A stretch of DNA of 64,000 nucleotides from an uncultured virus (IMG/VR IMGVR_UViG_3300025400_000009) (lineage: Duplodnaviria; Heunggongvirae; Uroviricota; Caudoviricetes), in IMG/VR virus record IMGVR_UViG_3300025400_000009; one strand, written 5' to 3'. Below the pieces are notes generated by a model. The model did not search any database. It saw only the letters and a program-made list of their open reading frames with translations, and was not told the origin of the DNA. A program made the position numbers and the translations under genes. Positions 58,438 through 64,000 of this stretch are shown here, in pieces. The stretch's first letter is position 1; every line of letters starts with the position of its first letter.

Positions 58438-59318
58438 ACTGCCATTGGAGCCTTAATGGCTTCGTGGCTTTCATAGCCTTCTAGTTCAATATCACTCATT
58501 TCAAAATCCATAATAACATTTACTTCTGGATTTAGTTTTAATGTAGGCAAGGGCAATGGTTTACGACTTATTTGCTCTTTAACTTGATCAAAATGGTTAT
58601 TGTAAATGTGAGCATCACCGATGGTAATGACCAAATCTCCAACTTCCAGATTACAAACTTGAGCGGCCATATGTGTAAACAATGCATATGATGCAATATT
58701 AAATGGTACACCTAAGAACATATCGGCACTACGTTGATACATCTGGCAACTTAACTTACCGTTAGCAACATAGAACTGAGCAAGGATATGACACGGCGGA
58801 AGAGCCATTAAATCTAACTCACCTGGATTCCATGCGGTTATAATATGTCTACGACTATATGGATCCTCTTTAATACCTTTGATGAGTTCGATCAACTGGT
58901 CATGATTTTGTAAAACAACTTTGTTGATACGCACCAAGGGCTTACGCCACTTGCGCCATTGTACTCCGTAGATTCTACCTAAGTCACCGGAATGTCTTTG
59001 AAGTTTTTTACTAGTCCAATAAGGCGCACTAGCATTATCAGACCATATTGTTTTCTTTTCAGTATAACGTTCACCGTGTAAGATTTCTCTTAGGCGTAGT
59101 TCGTCTCCACTGCCTTCTAAAAACCAAAGTAGTTCACTAACAACAGCTCTCCAGGCCAGCTTCTTTGTAGTAACTGCTGGAAAGCCTTCTGTTAAATCAA
59201 AACGCATTTGAAGACCAAATATACTACGGGTGCCTGTGCCTGTACGATCAGGACGATCGTCACCGTTTTCTAAAATGTTTTTAAGTGCGTCTAGATAGAC
59301 TTTTTCTGGATGTGTCAT
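58434..59318 (-). CDS. thyA: Thymidylate synthase (ThyA type)
   Basis: DRTGTGT, FP.VTTKK, ELLWFL.G, LG.IYG.QWR, MALPPCH, YQRSADMFLGVPFNIASY, GDAHIY.NH, terminal IKAPMAV. Confidence 0.98.
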   Translation of the reverse strand: MTHPEKVYLDALKNILENGDDRPDRTGTGTRSIFGLQMRFDLTEGFPAVTTKKLAWRAVVSELLWFLEGSGDELRLREILHGERYTEKKTIWSDNASAPYWTSKKLQRHSGDLGRIYGVQWRKWRKPLVRINKVVLQNHDQLIELIKGIKEDPYSRRHIITAWNPGELDLMALPPCHILAQFYVANGKLSCQMYQRSADMFLGVPFNIASYALFTHMAAQVCNLEVGDLVITIGDAHIYNNHFDQVKEQISRKPLPLPTLKLNPEVNVIMDFEMSDIELEGYESHEAIKAPMAV

Positions 59319-59962
59319 TCAGCAGCCGTTTCTACTTCTTTTTTCTTCTTGCTCTTTGGAGGATCAATTTCGTCTGCTTGTTTGCGTAGTACTTGAGCTT
59401 GTTTAAACAATGCATCAGCACGTGAGCGCATTTCGGCAGGAGTAAGTTCTAGACTAGCATTTTTAGATTCTGTAACAACAGGTGCAGTGGTGATTTCTTC
59501 ACCGGCGTTTACACTAGAACTTGTTGTACGAGTTGGATCATCTTTTGGAGCAGTTTTTTTCTTTTGAGTGCCATCTGTTACCGCTAAGTCTTCGATGCTG
59601 ATGCCCTTTTGTTGGGCAATCAGTTCATTTAACTCGTCTAACTGAATAGAAGCGTTTGTAGCAGGAGTCATGATAACTCCGTTGGTCGGAACCTTTTTAA
59701 GAAGACCTCTTTTGTGTAAAGATGCTAGAATGTTTTCACCATCTGGAAACTTACGAACAGCTAAAATGTCTGCTAGTTCATTTGCTTGTTGTCCACTAAT
59801 ATCTTGTACAATACTCATAATAGTATCATGCCAAGTATCTGGCAAACTGCTAGTTCCGATAACTAGCGCACTAGTTGCATCTCCGGGTAATGTGCGATAA
59901 GCAACAAGGATTTTTGCCCCGTTGTTTTTCATTTTACCCACGTGTTTCATTTCTCTTGCCAT
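59315..59962 (-). CDS. Hypothetical protein (215 aa)
   Basis: Intact ORF, GAGG RBS, ATGA overlap with thyA. Confidence 0.75.
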   Translation of the reverse strand: MAREMKHVGKMKNNGAKILVAYRTLPGDATSALVIGTSSLPDTWHDTIMSIVQDISGQQANELADILAVRKFPDGENILASLHKRGLLKKVPTNGVIMTPATNASIQLDELNELIAQQKGISIEDLAVTDGTQKKKTAPKDDPTRTTSSSVNAGEEITTAPVVTESKNASLELTPAEMRSRADALFKQAQVLRKQADEIDPPKSKKKKEVETAAE

Positions 59963-59976
59963 ATTGCTACCTCTTA

Positions 59977-60231
59977 TTAGGCTGTTGGTGCTTCAGTTTG
60001 ATCAGCTGGTTGTTGAGCCGGAGTAACAGCATTCAAGAATGTGTTTAGACGATCAAATACTTGACCAACTGATGTAGCTTCTGCGGCACCAAATGCACCG
60101 CGACGTACTGCTAAATCAACAACTGCACGTAGATTTTGTAAATCTTGAATGCTTAGTTGTGGTTGTTGTGGTTGTTCTACTGGCGCATCTCCGCCAACTG
60201 CTGTGCTTGCTACTTGTGCTTCATCTGACAT
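59977..60231 (-). CDS. Hypothetical protein (84 aa)
   Basis: AAGGA RBS; LSIQDL...VDLAVRRGAF.A.E...VG.VF..L..FL helical motif. Confidence 0.75.
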   Translation of the reverse strand: MSDEAQVASTAVGGDAPVEQPQQPQLSIQDLQNLRAVVDLAVRRGAFGAAEATSVGQVFDRLNTFLNAVTPAQQPADQTEAPTA

Positions 60232-60243
60232 TTTTATTTTCCT

Positions 60244-60525
60244 TTATGTTTTATGAATATGTGGACACCCTAAGGAAAACATTGTGAGTTCCATAGGATC
60301 TTCCATACCAACTTCTATTACCTCAGATATTTTATTATTGTTATCTAAGGCAAAAGATTTCTTAATAGTATACCTACTATTTAAGTTATAAGTAATCCAC
60401 TGATCTAACAATTTGATATCGCATAACTTTGATACTTTGACGGTGGTAAAGTGTGCTGGAATGAAACTTAACTGTCTTATTCCTAACACACTTAAAGGGT
60501 TTACTTCACCTCTAGCCAATGCCAT
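60244..60525 (-). CDS. Hypothetical protein (93 aa)
   Basis: Intact ORF tightly packed in the operon. Confidence 0.7.
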   Translation of the reverse strand: MALARGEVNPLSVLGIRQLSFIPAHFTTVKVSKLCDIKLLDQWITYNLNSRYTIKKSFALDNNNKISEVIEVGMEDPMELTMFSLGCPHIHKT

Positions 60526-60527
60526 AC

Positions 60528-61805
60528 TTAATCTTCTTTGTAGTAAGCAGTTTGACCAAATGGCGCTACGATAGTATCATTACCGTGGATGATGAACAGG
60601 CTTTCGCAGTAGTTCTCATCGCCCCAGCTACCGCATGGATAACCATCTGTAAACATAATGAAGCGTTTTGGCTCAATGCCTTCTTCCTTCATAAAGTTAT
60701 AGCAAGCATCAAAGTCAGTACCGCCACCACCTTTGGGTTCATAATCCGTGATCTCGTCGGCATTGTCGCCTGTAAACTTAACATAGTTATAAACTTCAGT
60801 GTCGAAGCAGAACAAGTCTAGTTTAAAGTCTTTGTATTCTTCCATAATGCCCTTAACTTCACCTAAGAAGTCTTGTGCCATTTTGTTGCTAATAGAACCA
60901 GACATATCGATTGCCACTGACACATCGATAGTTTCTTCGTTCATCATACCTGGCAACACGGCACCGCAATGTTGGCTCTTACGATTTGGACGTTGGAAAC
61001 TAAAGTTGCTTTTAATGATACTTTGGATGTTCATACGCAACATTTGACGCCAATCCATTTTGGGTTCAGTAAAGTCAGTAATGTAACGTTGAACGCCGGC
61101 AGGAATACGACCGGCCCCGGCTGCTTGAGCTGCCGCTACCATGGCTTCTTTGATTTCGTCCTTGATCTTTTTCTTTTCTTCTTCAGTTAGTTTAGGACGA
61201 CCTTTGCCCTTGCCCTCGCCGTCAACTTCTTTACCATCGCCGCCGTCACTTTCTTCATCGCCATCACCGTCCAAATGTTCGTCTAACAACTCACCGATTT
61301 CTTCCCAAGAAATCTTTTCAGCATTTTCGTACAAGTGATCATAGATCTGTTCGTAACTCCAGCCACGATACTTATTATCTTGGAAGATTTTAATATCTTT
61401 TGGAACTTCTCCAATGCGTTCGTCTTTTAAGATTTGATTAACAGCATAGTCGGCGGCAATGTTTGACAACTGACCATCACGATTATCGCGGCGTCCCAAA
61501 TGGTCAAACACATTATGTAGTACTTCGTGTGCAAAACCAAATTCACATTCTTTTGGAGTTAATTTATTAACAAAATCGTTACTGTAATAGAAGTTCCGTC
61601 CATCTGTAGCCAAAGTACTACACCAGTCACTGGCATCGATTAGTTTCATACGAGTGGCCATGTTGCCAAAGAATGGGTGACGTAACAACAAACCAATACG
61701 AGCGGTTACAAGTTTTTCAACAATCTTGTTTTTTTCCGATTCAGAAAATACTTTACGTTCTGCTTTTGCTAGTTTTTTATTTGCTGTAGAAGTTTGAGTA
61801 GACAT
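60528..61805 (-). CDS. HExxH metallopeptidase-like + vWA domain protein (DUF2201-like)
   Basis: T.ATDG, AHEVLH, NIAADYAVN, acidic linker, MIDAS DMSGS, GGGGTDF, FTDG. Confidence 0.88.
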   Translation of the reverse strand: MSTQTSTANKKLAKAERKVFSESEKNKIVEKLVTARIGLLLRHPFFGNMATRMKLIDASDWCSTLATDGRNFYYSNDFVNKLTPKECEFGFAHEVLHNVFDHLGRRDNRDGQLSNIAADYAVNQILKDERIGEVPKDIKIFQDNKYRGWSYEQIYDHLYENAEKISWEEIGELLDEHLDGDGDEESDGGDGKEVDGEGKGKGRPKLTEEEKKKIKDEIKEAMVAAAQAAGAGRIPAGVQRYITDFTEPKMDWRQMLRMNIQSIIKSNFSFQRPNRKSQHCGAVLPGMMNEETIDVSVAIDMSGSISNKMAQDFLGEVKGIMEEYKDFKLDLFCFDTEVYNYVKFTGDNADEITDYEPKGGGGTDFDACYNFMKEEGIEPKRFIMFTDGYPCGSWGDENYCESLFIIHGNDTIVAPFGQTAYYKED

Positions 61806-61826
61806 TACTGCTCCTGTTAAAATACT

Positions 61827-61855
61827 ATTATACTAAAATTTATCTAGTTTGTCAA
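61827..61855 (-). promoter_or_regulatory. Perfect sigma70 consensus promoter
   Basis: TTGACA-17 nt-TATAAT upstream of the vWA gene. Confidence 0.85.
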
Positions 61856-61856
61856 T

Positions 61857-61876
61857 AAAAAAGGGGCCTAAGCCCC
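61857..61876 (-). terminator. Rho-independent terminator after the AAA ATPase gene
   Basis: GGGGC-TTAG-GCCCC-TTTTTT on minus strand. Confidence 0.8.
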
Positions 61877-61880
61877 AATT

Positions 61881-62960
61881 TTATTCCATAGCCTGGATAA
61901 TGAACTTACCGTATTTGTCGTGGAAGCGATCAAAGTTCTTTAACTTAGACGCATCAAACGGCAATTGATAGTTCGTGAGCGCCACTTTGGCCCCCATCAC
62001 AACCAACTCAGTTGGGAAATTGTCCATCATGAAGCCGAAGAAGTTATCTGCCATCTTGTCCCAATCTTTAACCTTCTTTTGGCTAGCGGTTTGGAGTTCG
62101 TAACACATAGACACTGTCAAAGAATACATAGCAGAAATTTCTTTGATATCACATTTAATAACTTTGCCGTTCAAAATGTCTGCTGGGTTAGGCATTTGTT
62201 TGGCAACACGACGGTGAGCCATGAACTTAACAGCAAGACCTTCACCAATAGCACCAGCAACCAAATCGGTCAAAGTACCTTCTGGCAAGTCGTCGTCCTT
62301 TAGCAAGTCGCTAACAAAGCTCCAAGAACGGGGAGTAGCAAACGCACGGCTTGAAGATTTTGGATCAAAATCATACAAGTCTTGTTTAGCAAAGCCAACA
62401 TAGCCAACAACCTGTTCGTGAACCTTGTTGTTAACAGCCCATTCTTGCCAATCTTCAAAATCACTCTTCAATTCTAAGTGAACGAAACGGTTAGCCAACG
62501 GAGCAGGCATACGATAAGTAACACCTTTATCGCTTTCGCGGTTACCAGCGGCAACAATACTAACACCATCTGGCAACTTGTAAGTACCAACACGGCGATT
62601 CAAAACCAACTGGAAAGCCGCTGCCTGTGTAGCAGGAGCCGCAGAGTTCAACTCGTCCAAGAACAGGATAGCAGTAGAGTTAGGATCAGTGGGCAATTCA
62701 GCAGGAGGAGCCCAACTCATTGTGTTAGCATTGGCATCAAAGTATGGAATACCTTTAATGTCAGTGGGTTCCCAAAGGCTCAACCGAACGTCGATAACTT
62801 CTCGACCTTGTTTGTCACCAATCTGTTTAACAATATCGGATTTACCAATGCCTGGAGGGCCCCACATGAATACAGGGCGTTGAATCTTAACGCACTTCTC
62901 GATACTACGCTTGGCTTCGTTAGGCGTAACGGTGCGATTTGAACTGATCTTTTCTGCCAT
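61881..62960 (-). CDS. MoxR-like AAA+ ATPase
   Basis: Walker A GPPGIGKS, Walker B LFLDE, AAGNR, PLANRF, ATPRSW; ATG at 62960 preferred over TTG 62966. Confidence 0.9.
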   Translation of the reverse strand: MAEKISSNRTVTPNEAKRSIEKCVKIQRPVFMWGPPGIGKSDIVKQIGDKQGREVIDVRLSLWEPTDIKGIPYFDANANTMSWAPPAELPTDPNSTAILFLDELNSAAPATQAAAFQLVLNRRVGTYKLPDGVSIVAAGNRESDKGVTYRMPAPLANRFVHLELKSDFEDWQEWAVNNKVHEQVVGYVGFAKQDLYDFDPKSSSRAFATPRSWSFVSDLLKDDDLPEGTLTDLVAGAIGEGLAVKFMAHRRVAKQMPNPADILNGKVIKCDIKEISAMYSLTVSMCYELQTASQKKVKDWDKMADNFFGFMMDNFPTELVVMGAKVALTNYQLPFDASKLKNFDRFHDKYGKFIIQAME

Positions 62961-63020
62961 AGTCAACTTTCTTAAGTTAAAAAAATATTTTACTGTTGCA
63001 CTCTGCTTCAGTATGTAACT

Positions 63021-63049
63021 ATTGTAACGCAGATCTGTGTTTAAGTCAA
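63021..63049 (-). promoter_or_regulatory. Sigma70-type promoter for the AAA ATPase gene
   Basis: TTGACT-17 nt-TACAAT; -35 lies in the last codons of the upstream gene. Confidence 0.75.
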
Positions 63050-63424
63050 TGGAGTTTTTGGTTTTTTTGCTTTAGCGGCACTGTATCTTACAATGTTGCC
63101 AGAAAACAACACTAGCTGAATAGCCATTTTTTCATCAAATACATAGATTTCATCTTTGGTAATATACCAAGGGCTTTCGATTAGATTATCTAACCAAATA
63201 ATAACTTGATTAGTATATTCTACAGGTTCATCTAATGTAACTTTATGTGCTTTGATATGAGCAGTTAATCGAGCAAACCCTTCGTCAGTTAATCTAAGCC
63301 CGCCCTTTTCTTTATTACGATAGTTAAACCACCATTGTGGTAACAACTTACGAATGGATTTTTCATCCGTGGGTAGATTAAACTGTTCTGCAATATATCG
63401 GGTAATATCAATCTTCAGAGTCAT
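63041..63424 (-). CDS. Hypothetical protein (127 aa)
   Basis: Intact ORF; WW.N.R.K..GGLRLT.EG motif. Confidence 0.7.
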   Translation of the reverse strand: MTLKIDITRYIAEQFNLPTDEKSIRKLLPQWWFNYRNKEKGGLRLTDEGFARLTAHIKAHKVTLDEPVEYTNQVIIWLDNLIESPWYITKDEIYVFDEKMAIQLVLFSGNIVRYSAAKAKKPKTPLT

Positions 63425-63707
63425 TGGTTAACTTTTCTCCAGTAACCAATTTATAGACAGAAAAATCTTGAGTATTAAACTGTTTATTAAGTTTTTCAGC
63501 AAGATTATGGGCATGACCGGCATTTGAAAATGATACTTTTTTATATTTAGGACCAATTTTCTGTGCAAGAATACTACTAGTTTTTAAATTAATAGGCTTG
63601 TCTTGATAAAATACAGCCCAAATAGCCTCAGCATCTAAAACTTGTTCTGTTTTATACGTCTTTTTATTGGTTAGTTCTAATAATATGGTTGGCTTGGGTC
63701 TGCTCAT
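63408..63707 (-). CDS. Hypothetical protein (99 aa)
   Basis: ATG at 63707 (MSRPKP) with GGAG RBS and AATAAATA at 63730-63737 preferred over the ORF-track start; GPKYKKVSFSN.GHA.NLA.KLN motif. Confidence 0.7.
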   Translation of the reverse strand: MSRPKPTILLELTNKKTYKTEQVLDAEAIWAVFYQDKPINLKTSSILAQKIGPKYKKVSFSNAGHAHNLAEKLNKQFNTQDFSVYKLVTGEKLTNDSED

Positions 63708-63735
63708 ATACGCTCCATAAGTGCGTATATATTTA

Positions 63736-63954
63736 TTAAAAACTGTTAAAACCGCCACCGTCCATTTTAATAACAATAGTTTCGTCGCTGGTATTAGGGC
63801 CGCCTGCTAATCTTGTCATAACCAAAGATAAACTATTCTGTAAATCAGTTACTTCTTTAAGACTTAGCACTAGATTTTTTTGATTACTTTTAATAGCAAT
63901 CCGTGCTTTATTTAAAAAATCTTCGATTGGTAATGTGTTTATTGTATTACTCAT
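63736..63954 (-). CDS. Hypothetical protein (72 aa)
   Basis: Intact ORF ending in MDGGGF motif, packed in operon. Confidence 0.6.
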   Translation of the reverse strand: MSNTINTLPIEDFLNKARIAIKSNQKNLVLSLKEVTDLQNSLSLVMTRLAGGPNTSDETIVIKMDGGGFNSF

Positions 63955-64000
63955 TTGATTTAATCTCTTTTATTAATACCGTTTTTAATTCTTCTTCAGT
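63947..64000 (-). CDS. 3' end of a gene entering from the right edge
   Basis: ...TEEELKTVLIKEIKSNE* overlapping the next ATG. Confidence 0.4.
   Translation of the reverse strand, partial: TEEELKTVLIKEIKSNE

Noticed and set aside
58434..59318. Intron in thyA as in T4 td
   Set aside because: The ORF is continuous and of normal length.
241..62942. Dozens of short ORFs (60-154 aa) in the ORF track, antisense or out of frame within long genes
   Set aside because: They lie inside well-supported genes, lack RBSs and family motifs, and are expected shadows of biased codon usage.
1..64000. Alternative genetic code
   Set aside because: Genes up to 4085 aa are intact under the standard code and coding density is very high.

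Overview
The whole 64 kb window is a gene-dense, AT-rich segment of a large T4-superfamily-like myophage (standard genetic code); no host genes, tRNA, rRNA, CRISPR array or transposase were seen. From left to right: (1) a minus-strand cluster of Thr/Gly-rich fibre/adhesin paralogues (1-16157) including one small broken gene and a 2591-aa beta-helix protein; (2) a head module, minus strand: portal gp20, acidic core protein, protease gp21, scaffold gp22, major capsid gp23, and a probable decoration protein; (3) a tape-measure-like gene divergent from a gp26/gp51-like pair; (4) a ~470-bp non-coding, highly self-complementary region, then a small Cys/His protein, a GIY-YIG nuclease, gp46, gp47 and the late sigma factor gp55; (5) a plus-strand baseplate operon (tube-like protein, gp53, hub, gp5-like spike with a lysozyme-fold domain, gp25, gp6, a 4085-aa protein, fibres); (6) minus-strand thyA, small hypothetical genes and a MoxR ATPase/vWA-metallopeptidase pair. 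Structural genes are preceded by T4-late-type (A/T/G/C)TAAATA motifs; gp55, gp47, MoxR and vWA genes by near-consensus sigma70 promoters. The most interesting observations are: a candidate large multi-helix RNA at 27.6-28.0 kb; nine ~160-aa repeats with a phycobiliprotein-like C-x-R-D...GG motif in the 2591-aa virion protein; a U-UUU-UUC -1 slippery site that would fuse the gp26- and gp51-like ORFs as in lambda G/GT chaperones; and a compact three-way-junction leader after the capsid gene. All family assignments are from motif recognition by eye, not from database searches.
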